The position numbers were made by a program, and so were the translations under genes. A stretch of 32,000 nucleotides of DNA from Delftia acidovorans NBRC 14950 (GTDB lineage Bacteria > Pseudomonadota > Gammaproteobacteria > Burkholderiales > Burkholderiaceae_C), in assembly GCF_001598795.1 (NCBI RefSeq), contig NZ_BCZP01000025.1, positions 30,001 to 62,000 of the forward strand. Reading direction: 5' to 3'. Numbering within the stretch: the stretch's first letter is position 1; every line of letters begins with the position of its first letter. Shown here in pieces: positions 1 to 8,286 of the stretch. The notes under the pieces are model-generated. The model had not been told where the DNA came from. It searched no databases and saw nothing but the letters and a program-made list of their open reading frames with translations.

Positions 1-212
1 TCCGAGCCGCCGCCGAAGTTCATCCCGGTCATGAGAGGAACTTCCAGCGGTGCAAGCCCCTTTTGCACGGCCTGCGCGCCCAGCACCAGGGCAAAGGGCA
101 CGAAGCCCAGCATCACGGGAATCGCATCCCTGAAGCCGCGAAAGGCCTCGGAACTGCAGGAGACGGAATCTGCCGAAACGGCAGCGGGGGAAAGTGGAAT
201 GGATGAAGACAT
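1..212 (-). CDS. azlC: AzlC-family branched-chain amino acid transport protein, N-terminal part (gene runs off the window start)
   Basis: Reverse-strand translation from the ATG at complement 210-212 reads MSSSIPLSPAAVSADSVSCSSEAFRGFRDAIPVMLGFVPFALVLGAQAVQKGLAPLEVPLMTGMNFGGGS. This is a hydrophobic AzlC-like N-terminus with high GC3. It is absent from the ORF track because it is open at the window edge. Confidence 0.65.
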   Translation of the reverse strand, partial: MSSSIPLSPAAVSADSVSCSSEAFRGFRDAIPVMLGFVPFALVLGAQAVQKGLAPLEVPLMTGMNFGGGS

Positions 213-532
213 GGAGAGCGGCGATTGTCGGCCTGCGGCGCTGGAATTTGCTGCCGATTCATGCTTCCATCAGCCATTTCACGGACGTTTATGCCGATTT
301 ATTCGAGCAACTGGAAATAATCTGCCGCACAAGCGCTGCACAAGCGCCGCTCAACCCATTTCCATGGCTGGCGGCGCTCCTCGGATGGCCGCGCCTGCCC
401 TCCTGACATTTCACGAAACCCAACAGCCATTGGCTCCCGCCATGCTGCAGTGCGTCGCAAACGGCTGTGCCGGCCAGGGCGGCGGCGGGACCATGAAGCC
501 CTCATCACTTCGCTTCACCTGAAAGGTTCCCC

Positions 533-847
533 ATGCGCACTTCCCACTTCACCCGCTTCATCACCCTGACCGCCCTCAGCCTGGGCCTGGCCGGCACGGC
601 ACTCGCCCAGGACGCCACGCCCTCCTCCACTGCTGCCCCCACCGACCTCAGCCGCGCCCAGGTGCTGGCCGACCTGGAAATGTGGCACCGCGCCGGACTC
701 ACCTATGTCTCGGACCGCGAGATCGATGTCCGCTCCACCGAATACCAGCGCGGCCTGGAGCGTTACCAGCAACTGCGCGCCAGCCCCGCCTACCGCGAGG
801 CCGTGGCAAGGCTGGAGAAGGGACATGCGGTGGCCCAGGACAAGTGA
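533..847 (+). CDS. DUF4148-like small secreted protein
   Basis: 104 aa with a signal peptide (LSLGLAGTALA-QD). The motif LSRAQVLADLEMWHRAGL is typical of DUF4148 proteins of Burkholderiales. Confidence 0.7.
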   Translation: MRTSHFTRFITLTALSLGLAGTALAQDATPSSTAAPTDLSRAQVLADLEMWHRAGLTYVSDREIDVRSTEYQRGLERYQQLRASPAYREAVARLEKGHAVAQDK

Positions 848-959
848 GCTTGAAGGCGGCCGGTGGCGGATCTGAGGAGCTGAAAGCCACCGGCGGGTCT
901 GGATAACCCTGATCCCGTCCCCGGCACCCTCGCGTCACACGGTCAACAGGTGTTTCTGC

Positions 960-996
960 AATAATTGCCGCAACAATCATTGCGCAGTCAATTATT
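960..996. promoter_or_regulatory. Nested dyad-symmetric element, candidate MarR operator/promoter
   Basis: Perfect 8-bp arms AATAATTG (960-967) and CAATTATT (989-996) flank an inner palindrome CAATcATTG (974-982). Both share a dyad centre at 978, 16 bp upstream of the MarR ATG. Confidence 0.4.
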
Positions 997-1011
997 TCAC
1001 CCGCAGACACC

Positions 1012-1548
1012 ATGACCCAGCCTCCCCTGCCCAACGGCCTGCAGCCCTCGGACTTCTACAGCCCAGGCAGCTACACGCCCTTCGAGAGCGTGGGGTTCCT
1101 CATGCGCAAGGTGCTCAGCTCCATCCTCCAGCAGGCCGATGCGCAGTTGGCCGAGCATGAGCTGACCTATGTGCAGTGGCTGCCGCTGTACAAGCTGCTG
1201 CTGTGCAGCGACGCCACGAATGCCGGCATGGCGCGTGACCTGGGGCTGGATCCGGCCTCCATCACGCGGGCGCTGGACCGGCTCGAATCCAAGGGCATGC
1301 TGCGGCGCGAGCGCTCCACGGTGGACCGCCGCGTGGTCAAGCTGGTGCTGACCGATGAAGGCCGTGCCATGGCGGCCAAGGTGCCGCAGGTGCTGTCCAG
1401 CGTCATGAATGCCCATATGGCCGGCTTCAGCCATGACGAGTCGCGCCAGTTGCTGGACATGCTGCGCCGCCTGCTGGCCAACGGCGATGCGATGCGCGCG
1501 CCGGAGGCTGCGCCGCCGGCCCCTGCGCCTGCCACGCCCGCGGCCTGA
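1012..1548 (+). CDS. MarR-family transcriptional regulator
   Basis: 178 aa. The winged-helix region (LTYVQWLPLYKLL...MARDLGLDPASITRALDRLESKGMLRRERSTVDRRVVKLVLTDEG) is canonical MarR. The gene is the first in an efflux operon. Confidence 0.9.
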   Translation: MTQPPLPNGLQPSDFYSPGSYTPFESVGFLMRKVLSSILQQADAQLAEHELTYVQWLPLYKLLLCSDATNAGMARDLGLDPASITRALDRLESKGMLRRERSTVDRRVVKLVLTDEGRAMAAKVPQVLSSVMNAHMAGFSHDESRQLLDMLRRLLANGDAMRAPEAAPPAPAPATPAA

Positions 1549-1617
1549 CAGCGCCAGCCCCCTTTTCCGCCCCGGTTTCCGATTTCCTGATTCTTGACCC
1601 CCAACAGGCAGACCACC

Positions 1618-3093
1618 ATGCCCAAATCCTTTGTTTCCGTGTCCGCCGCGCCCCGCCGCGTGGCCGCCGCAGCGGCCACCCTGTGCGCCGCGCTGGCCCT
1701 GGCCGGTTGTGCTTCCCAGGGCCCGGCCCATGAGCCGCTGGCCCGGCTGGGCGCCGCCGAACTGGGTCTGACGGCCCAGTCCGAGACAGCCGCCAATACC
1801 AGCCTGCCCGCCGCCGATTGGTGGAAGTCCCTGGGCGATGCCCAGCTGGATGCGCTGATCGCCCAGGCGCTGCAGGGCAGCCCCAGCCTGGCCATGAGCC
1901 GCGCCCGCTTCGACAAGGCGGCCGCCCTGGCCACGGCCACCAGCACGGCCACCGATGTGCGCGGCACGCTCGGCGTCGACGCCACGCGCCAGCACTACAG
2001 CGCCAACGGCCTGGTGCCCGCACCCATTGCCGGCCATACCTACAACACCGGCAACCTGCAGGCCGGCCTGAGCTGGACGCCGGATTTCTTTGGCCGCCAT
2101 GCCGCCGACCTGCAGGCCGCCCTGGGCCAGGCCCGTGCCGCCCAGGCCGACAGCGCCGCCGCCGCCAACCAGCTCGCCGCCCAGGTGGCGCGCAGCTATG
2201 TGGCGCTGGCTCGCCTGATTGCCCAAAAGGATGTGGCTGGCCGTACGCTGACCCAGCGCCAGTCGCTGCTGGACCTGAGTCAGCAGCGCACGCGCGCCGG
2301 GCTGGACAGCCAGGTGGAGCTGACCCAGGCCCAGGCCGGCCTGCCCGATGCCGGCACCCAGATCGAGATGCTGGACGAGCAGATCACGCTGGCGCGCCGC
2401 ACCATCGCCGTGCTCTGCGGCCAGGCGCCCGAGGCGCAGCTGCAGCTGGCGCCCCGTCTGGCCGCGCTGCAGATCCAGGCCATGCCCGGCCAGTTGGGCG
2501 CAGACCTGCTGGGCCGCCGCCCCGATGTGGTGGCCGCGCGCTGGCGCGTGGAGTCCGCAACGCAGGGCATAGAGAGCGCGCGGGCGGATTTCTACCCCGA
2601 TATCAATCTCACGGCCTTCATCGGCCTCAATGCCGTCGGGCTGGACAACCTGTTCAAGGGCAGCTCGCGCCAGATGGGCGTGACGCCCGCGCTGCGCCTG
2701 CCCTTGTTCGACGGCAAGCGCCTGCGCGCCCAGTTGCGCGGCACGCAGGCCGATCTGGATACCGCCATTGCCCAGTACAACGGCGTGGTGCTCGATGCGG
2801 TCAAGGAAGCGGGCGACGCCATCACTTCCGTGCAATCGCTGGTGCGCCAACAGCAGCTGCAGGCCGAGTCGCTGGAGAAGGCCGAACGCGCCTACGACTT
2901 TGCCGTGCAGCGCTACAAGGCCGGCCTGGCCAGCCAGGTGACGGTGCTGAACACCGAAACCCAGGTGATCACCCAGCGCCGCCTGGACGTGGACCTGCGC
3001 GCCCGCGCGCTGGACACGCGCGTGTCGCTGATGAAAGCGCTGGGCGGCGGCTGGACCGATGGCACGGCTGCCGTGCAGGTCAGCCAGCACTGA
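1618..3093 (+). CDS. Efflux transporter outer-membrane factor lipoprotein (NodT/OprM family)
   Basis: Lipobox LALAGC after a signal peptide, and two OEP repeats (RADFYPDINLTAF, RYKAGLASQVTVLNTE). I chose the ATG at 1618 rather than the upstream TTG at 1594. Confidence 0.9.
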   Translation: MPKSFVSVSAAPRRVAAAAATLCAALALAGCASQGPAHEPLARLGAAELGLTAQSETAANTSLPAADWWKSLGDAQLDALIAQALQGSPSLAMSRARFDKAAALATATSTATDVRGTLGVDATRQHYSANGLVPAPIAGHTYNTGNLQAGLSWTPDFFGRHAADLQAALGQARAAQADSAAAANQLAAQVARSYVALARLIAQKDVAGRTLTQRQSLLDLSQQRTRAGLDSQVELTQAQAGLPDAGTQIEMLDEQITLARRTIAVLCGQAPEAQLQLAPRLAALQIQAMPGQLGADLLGRRPDVVAARWRVESATQGIESARADFYPDINLTAFIGLNAVGLDNLFKGSSRQMGVTPALRLPLFDGKRLRAQLRGTQADLDTAIAQYNGVVLDAVKEAGDAITSVQSLVRQQQLQAESLEKAERAYDFAVQRYKAGLASQVTVLNTETQVITQRRLDVDLRARALDTRVSLMKALGGGWTDGTAAVQVSQH

Positions 3094-3225
3094 GATCGCA
3101 ACCCGCACAGGAATCCACCGCACTCTTGACCCTCCACCGGGCAGACCGCCAGCCAGCGTGACAGACCGCCAGCTCCCTGCCCCGGCCGCAAAACCACATT
3201 CACAGATAACAAAGCGCCGTACACC

Positions 3226-4587
3226 ATGACTGACACCAACAAGCAAGCATCCAGCCCTGCCGCCGCACCGGCCGCAGCCTCGCCCGTGGCCAATCCGCAG
3301 GGCCGCCGCAAGGGCCTGACCCTCATCGCCGCCGCCGTTGCGGTGGCCGCCGTCGCCTGGGGCGGCTGGCACTGGATGGTGGCCCGCAACTACCAGACCA
3401 CGGACAACGCCTATGTGGCGGGCAACGTGGTGCAGATCACGCCGCAGATCGGCGGCACGGTGATCAGCATCGGCGCCGACGACACCGACTACGTCAAGCC
3501 CGGCCAGCTGCTGGTGCAGCTGGACTCGGCCGATGCCCTGGTCGCCCTGTCCCAGGCCGAGTCCCAACTGGCCCAGACCGTGCGCCAGGTGCGCACGCTG
3601 TACGCCAACAATGCCCCCCTGGTCGCCCAGGTGGCCCAGCGCGAGGCCGATCTGGCCCGGCTGCAGGCCGACGCTGCCCGCGCCCGCGAGGACGTGGACC
3701 GCCGCCGCCCGTTGCTGGCCACGGGCGCCGTGGGCAAGGAAGAGTTCGACCACGCCCAGTCCCTGGCCCGCACGGCAGGCAATGCCGCCTCTGCAGCAGA
3801 AGCCGCCGTGCGCGCCGCCAAGGCGCAGCTGACCGCTGCCGAAGCCCAGACCAAGGGCAGCAGTGCCGAAGAGCACCCCAGCGTGATCGCCGCTTCCGCC
3901 AAGGTGCGCGAGGCCTATCTGGCGCTGCAGCGCACGCGCCTGGTCTCTCCCGTGGAAGGCTATGTGGCCAAGCGCGGCGTGCAACTGGGCCAGCGCGTGG
4001 CCTCGGGCGCGCCGCTGATGACGGTGGTGGGCCTGCACAACCTCTGGGTGGATGCCAACTTCAAGGAAAGCCAACTGGCCCAGCTGCGCATAGGCCAGAA
4101 GACCGAGCTGACGGCCGATGTGTACGGCGACAAGATCAGCTACCACGGCACCGTGGTGGGCATGGGCGCAGGAACCGGCGCGGCCTTCTCGCTGCTGCCC
4201 GCGCAAAACGCCACCGGCAACTGGATCAAGGTGGTGCAGCGCGTGCCCGTGCGCATTGCCCTGTCGCCGGAAGACCTGGCCCAGCACCCGCTGCGCGTGG
4301 GCCTGTCGATGGAGGCCAAGGTGGACGTGCGCGACCAGCAGGGCGAAGTACTGGCAACCGCCACGCGCAATGCCCCCGTGGCCCAGACCTCCATCTACGA
4401 CATGGCATTGCCCCAGGCGGAGGAACGCATTGCCCACATCGTGGCAGGCCAGAACGTGGCGCCGCTCAAGCAGTTGCCCGAGCTGCCGCCCGTCGCCATG
4501 GCCGATGCGCAAGACAGGTCACAGGGCAAGGCGCCAGCCGCAGTGGCCTCCGCGCCGGTTGACGCGCAGGCCACGCAGTCCAAGTAA
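3226..4587 (+). CDS. HlyD/EmrA-family periplasmic adaptor of an MFS efflux pump
   Basis: 453 aa with an N-terminal TM anchor, a lipoyl/hairpin/beta-barrel pattern (YVAGNVVQITPQIGGTV, long coiled-coil AQREADLARLQAD, WVDANFKESQL) and the C-terminal motif GNWIKVVQRVPVRI typical of EmrA. Confidence 0.9.
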   Translation: MTDTNKQASSPAAAPAAASPVANPQGRRKGLTLIAAAVAVAAVAWGGWHWMVARNYQTTDNAYVAGNVVQITPQIGGTVISIGADDTDYVKPGQLLVQLDSADALVALSQAESQLAQTVRQVRTLYANNAPLVAQVAQREADLARLQADAARAREDVDRRRPLLATGAVGKEEFDHAQSLARTAGNAASAAEAAVRAAKAQLTAAEAQTKGSSAEEHPSVIAASAKVREAYLALQRTRLVSPVEGYVAKRGVQLGQRVASGAPLMTVVGLHNLWVDANFKESQLAQLRIGQKTELTADVYGDKISYHGTVVGMGAGTGAAFSLLPAQNATGNWIKVVQRVPVRIALSPEDLAQHPLRVGLSMEAKVDVRDQQGEVLATATRNAPVAQTSIYDMALPQAEERIAHIVAGQNVAPLKQLPELPPVAMADAQDRSQGKAPAAVASAPVDAQATQSK

Positions 4588-4632
4588 GCAGGCATTGCTT
4601 CCCCGCCTTCCCAGAACCTACGCGGACTGCCT

Positions 4633-6267
4633 ATGACTTCCTCTACCACCGCCGTGCCGGAGCCGGCGCAGCCGGGTGGGCCGACCGTGCCGCCTGCCGC
4701 GCCACCCTCGGCACCGCCTGCCATGCCCGCACGGCCCGCACCGCTCAAGGGCGCCCAGCTGGCCCTGGGCACGCTGGCCCTGTCGCTGGCCACCTTCATG
4801 AACGTGCTGGACTCGTCCATTGCCAACGTCGCCATTCCGGCGATCTCGGGCGACGTGGGCGTCAGCCCCAGCCAGGGCACATGGGTGATCACCAGCTTTG
4901 GCGTGGCCAATGCCATCTCGGTGCCGCTCACGGGCTGGCTCACGCAGCGCTTCGGCGCCGTGCGCCTGTTCACCATGAGCGTGCTGCTGTTCGTGCTGAC
5001 CTCCTGGCTGTGCGGCTTTGCCTCGTCGCTGGAGATGCTGGTGCTGTTCCGCGTGCTCCAGGGGCTGGTCGCCGGGCCCATGATCCCGCTGTCGCAGACA
5101 CTGCTGCTGTCCAGCTACCCGCCGGCCAAGGCCGGTGTGGCGCTGGCGCTTTGGGGGATGACCACCCTGGTGGCGCCCGTGGTCGGCCCGCTGCTGGGGG
5201 GCTGGATCACGGACAACATCTCCTGGCCCTGGATCTTCTACATCAACGTGCCCGTGGGCCTGCTGTCGGCCCTGATGACCTGGAGCATCTACCGCAGCCG
5301 CGAGACCCCCACGCGCAAGCTGCCCATCGACTCCGTGGGCCTGGCCCTGCTGGTGCTGTGGGTGGGCGCGCTGCAGCTGATGCTGGACAAGGGCAAGGAG
5401 CTGGACTGGTTCGCCTCGGGCGAGATCGTCACGCTGTGCGTGCTGGCCATCGTGAGCTTCGTGGTCTTCCTGGTCTGGGAGCTGACGGATGCGCACCCGG
5501 TGGTGGACCTGCGCCTGTTCATGCGCCGCAATTTCGCGGCGGGCTCGGTGGCGCTGTCGATTGCCTACGGCCTGTTCTTCGGCAACGTGGTGCTGCTGCC
5601 GCTGTGGCTGCAGCAGTGGATGGGCTATACCTCCACCACGGCCGGCATGGCGCTGGCGCCGGTGGGCATCTTCGCCATCATCCTGACGCCGCTGGTGGGC
5701 CGCAAGGTCACGCAGTGGGACCCGCGCAAGATGGCCACGGGCGCCTTCGTCGTGTTCGCCCTGGTGCTGTGGATGCGCTCGCGCTTCACGGTGGAGACGG
5801 ACTTCATGCACATCCTGGTGCCCACGCTGGTCCAGGGCGGGGCCATGGCGTTCTTCTTCATCCCGCTGACGACGATCACGCTGTCGGGCATCTCGCCGGA
5901 CCGTATCCCGGCCGCCGCCGGCCTGAGCAACTTCGTGCGCATCACGGCGGGTGCCATGGGCACCTCCATCGCCACCACGCTCTGGGAAAACCGCGCCGCG
6001 CTGCACCACGCCCATCTGACCGAAGGGCTGATCCAGGGCCAGGGCGTGTTCGGCGTCACCCTGCAGGGGCTGCAGGCCGCAGGTCTGAGCCAGGCGCAGG
6101 CGCTGGCCCAGATCAACCGGCTCATCGACCAGCAGGCCTATACGCTGGCGGCGGACGACATCTTCCTGGCGTCGTCCGTGCTGTTCCTGGTGCTGATCGT
6201 GCTGATCTGGATGACGCGGCGGCCCGCAGGCCATGCCGGCGGTGCCGAGGCGGCCGGCGCCCATTGA
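4633..6267 (+). CDS. DHA2-family (EmrB/QacA) MFS efflux permease
   Basis: 544 aa, 14-TM type, with FMNVLDSSIANVAIP, GWLTQRFG and LFRVLQGLVAGPMIPLSQTLL motifs typical of EmrB. Confidence 0.92.
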   Translation: MTSSTTAVPEPAQPGGPTVPPAAPPSAPPAMPARPAPLKGAQLALGTLALSLATFMNVLDSSIANVAIPAISGDVGVSPSQGTWVITSFGVANAISVPLTGWLTQRFGAVRLFTMSVLLFVLTSWLCGFASSLEMLVLFRVLQGLVAGPMIPLSQTLLLSSYPPAKAGVALALWGMTTLVAPVVGPLLGGWITDNISWPWIFYINVPVGLLSALMTWSIYRSRETPTRKLPIDSVGLALLVLWVGALQLMLDKGKELDWFASGEIVTLCVLAIVSFVVFLVWELTDAHPVVDLRLFMRRNFAAGSVALSIAYGLFFGNVVLLPLWLQQWMGYTSTTAGMALAPVGIFAIILTPLVGRKVTQWDPRKMATGAFVVFALVLWMRSRFTVETDFMHILVPTLVQGGAMAFFFIPLTTITLSGISPDRIPAAAGLSNFVRITAGAMGTSIATTLWENRAALHHAHLTEGLIQGQGVFGVTLQGLQAAGLSQAQALAQINRLIDQQAYTLAADDIFLASSVLFLVLIVLIWMTRRPAGHAGGAEAAGAH

Positions 6268-6293
6268 GGCCCAGCTTGCGGCCATCACGACAA

Positions 6294-6323
6294 GGAGCTG
6301 CCTGCAGGGGCAGCTCCTTTTTT
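6294..6323 (+). terminator. Rho-independent terminator of the efflux operon
   Basis: GGAGCTGCC (6294-6302), a 6-nt loop and GGCAGCTCC (6309-6317), followed by TTTTTT. Confidence 0.75.
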
Positions 6324-6435
6324 GTTTACATGACGACACGCAAGGCGCCTTGAATCGGGCCGCCAAGACCACCATCTCGACAGGGCTGCGCCACCGGTTC
6401 CATGATGGCGGCGGCCTGAACACCGACGGAGCACC

Positions 6436-7527
6436 GTGAAAACACCCCGCATCTTCCGCGCCCCGATTGCCGACTACGCCCAATCACCCCAGTCGGTGGG
6501 CGGGCGCTTTCGCAACGTCCATCCCCGCCCCGCCAACGCGCCCCAGCCCGACGCCAAGGTGATGTGGGACTTCTTCTTCAACAAGCCCAAGGACACCGAG
6601 CCTGCCGCGCCCCTGCCCGTGCAGCGGCTCACCCCGGCCGACCTGGCCGCCGCGCCCGAGCGCAGCCTGTACCGCCTGGGCCACTCCACGCTGCTGATGA
6701 AACTGCGCGGCGGCTGGTGGATCACCGACCCGGTGTTTGCCGAGCGCGCCTCGCCCTTCTCCTTCATCGGCCCCAAGCGCTTTCATGCGCCGCCCATCGC
6801 CCTGCATGAACTGCCTGCGCTGCGCGGCGTGGTGCTCTCGCACGACCACTACGACCATCTGGACCGTGCCACCATCCGCGCCCTGGCGCCCCGGGTCGAC
6901 TTCTTCCTGTGCACGCTGGGCGTGGGCGACCGGCTCATGGACTGGGGCGTGGCCCCCGAGAAGGTGCGCCAGTTCGACTGGTGGCAGGACGTGCAGGTGG
7001 ACGGCCTGCGCTTCACGGCCACGCCGGCCCAGCATTTCTCGGGCCGGGGCCTGCGCGACGGCAACCGCACGCTGTGGGCGTCCTGGGTCATCGAGGACCT
7101 GGAAAGCGCCGACACGCTGCGCGTCTTCTTCAGCGGCGACGGCGGCTATTTCGACGGCTTTGCGGAAATCGGCCGGCGCTTCGGTCCCTTCGACCTCACG
7201 CTGATGGAAACCGGCGCCTACGACCCGCACTGGCCCTATGTGCACATGCACCCAGCCCAGACCGTGCAGGCCCATCGCGACCTGGGCGGACGCTGGCTGC
7301 TGCCCATTCACAACGGCACCTTCAGCCTGGCCATGCATGCCTGGTGGGACCCCTTCGAGCGCGTGCTGGCCCTGGGTGCCGAGCACGGCATTGCCGTGGC
7401 CACCCCCATGATGGGCGAGCGCGTGGACCTGGATGCCCCCCATGCAGGCGAGCGCTGGTGGCGTGCCCTGGTATCCCCTGCCGTGCAGGACGCAGCCGCG
7501 TCAGCGCCACAGGCCCAGCCGCGATAA
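6436..7527 (+). CDS. MBL-fold metallo-hydrolase (NAPE-PLD-like subgroup)
   Basis: 363 aa with the SHDHYDHLD metal motif and a later FFSGDGGY / HWPYVHM pattern. The start is a GTG, so its position is uncertain. Confidence 0.85.
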   Translation: MKTPRIFRAPIADYAQSPQSVGGRFRNVHPRPANAPQPDAKVMWDFFFNKPKDTEPAAPLPVQRLTPADLAAAPERSLYRLGHSTLLMKLRGGWWITDPVFAERASPFSFIGPKRFHAPPIALHELPALRGVVLSHDHYDHLDRATIRALAPRVDFFLCTLGVGDRLMDWGVAPEKVRQFDWWQDVQVDGLRFTATPAQHFSGRGLRDGNRTLWASWVIEDLESADTLRVFFSGDGGYFDGFAEIGRRFGPFDLTLMETGAYDPHWPYVHMHPAQTVQAHRDLGGRWLLPIHNGTFSLAMHAWWDPFERVLALGAEHGIAVATPMMGERVDLDAPHAGERWWRALVSPAVQDAAASAPQAQPR

Positions 7528-7609
7528 ATCCGTTTTTGCTGCATTGCGTCATCGGCCTACGCGGGCGGGCATCCATCTGGATAAAGTGAACCCAGCTTCA
7601 GGAGTGCAC

Positions 7610-8020
7610 ATGGCAAATCGCAAAAATCCCCGGGCCGCCCTGGTCGCCCGCCAGGCCACCGACCTGGCCGTCGCAGCGCCCCAGGTCGTGGCCCATCGCC
7701 TCACCCGCATGGCCATGGCAGGCGCCAATCCCTCCGCGCGGGACCGGCGTGAATTCACACGCATGGTGTCCGAGAAACAGACAGCCTTCCAGCAATCCTG
7801 GACGGCGATGGGCATGCAGTCCATGGTTGCCAGCCAGGCCTTGATGCAGGCCTGGATGCGCATGTGCTGGACCCCCTGGAGCACCTCCACCTGGAACGGC
7901 GGAGCCCTGGCATCGCAGGCCTCGCAATGGCAAAACGCCATGTGGGGCGTGGTGGGCAAGGGCCTGGCCCCCGTGCACCGCACGGCGGTGGCCAATGCCA
8001 AGCGCCTGGCGCGCGGCTGA
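7610..8020 (+). CDS. Phasin-like (PHA granule-associated family) small protein; function uncertain
   Basis: ATG at 7610 preceded by AGGAG (7600-7604). VVAHRLTRMAMAG..PSARDRREFTRMVSEKQTAF and C-terminal HRTAVANAKRL resemble the family annotated as polyhydroxyalkanoate granule-associated phasin in Burkholderiales. This family assignment is from memory. Confidence 0.55.
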   Translation: MANRKNPRAALVARQATDLAVAAPQVVAHRLTRMAMAGANPSARDRREFTRMVSEKQTAFQQSWTAMGMQSMVASQALMQAWMRMCWTPWSTSTWNGGALASQASQWQNAMWGVVGKGLAPVHRTAVANAKRLARG

Positions 8021-8286
8021 GCGCGGCCAAGCACGGTTAAGTGCGACTGATCGCTGCTCAACGCGGCTGATCCACCCATATCAAGCCCGCTCCATTCACC
8101 GGAGCGCGGCCGCGCGGCAGGGCCGATGCGAGGGCGAGGTTCGGGTATCCTCGCGGCCTTCGTTCCGTTTTGCTGCGCTGCCGCATTTCCAGGCATGGAC
8201 TCCATGCAGAGACTGAAAACACGGCCGCGGCAGGCGGATTTCCCCCTTTCTGCCATCGCTTTGCCAGTCTTCCCCGGAGTTCTCTG

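Noticed and set aside
327-347. Tandem direct repeat GCACAAGCGC-t-GCACAAGCGC in the azlC/DUF4148 intergenic region, considered as a regulator site
   Set aside because: It is real in the sequence, but short and GC-rich with no adjacent regulator gene in the window. This is too little to support a call.
31-522. 163-aa plus-strand ORF at the window start (and 194..406, 299..508)
   Set aside because: Its 5' part is antisense to the well-supported azlC N-terminus and the remainder crosses an intergenic region. It has no SD and no family resemblance.
997-4512. 1171-aa ORF on the minus strand, plus similar long antisense ORFs (4618..6483, 7549..9813, 10085..11857, 13140..14285, 17664..18947, 29454..30743 and 24887..25825 on the plus strand)
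   Set aside because: They lie antisense to, or out of frame with, genes that have clear family signatures. Their translations are low-complexity and rich in Arg/Gly/Ala/His/Gln with no recognisable motifs. This is the expected artefact of stop-codon depletion in about 65% G+C DNA.
8021-8286. Glycine riboswitch upstream of cycA
   Set aside because: I looked for the conserved GGAGAG...CACCGAAGGGGCAA / CTCAGGCAAAAGGAC-type elements. Only a weak CACCGGAGCG fragment is present, with no tandem aptamer architecture. An Rfam RF00504 scan would settle the question.
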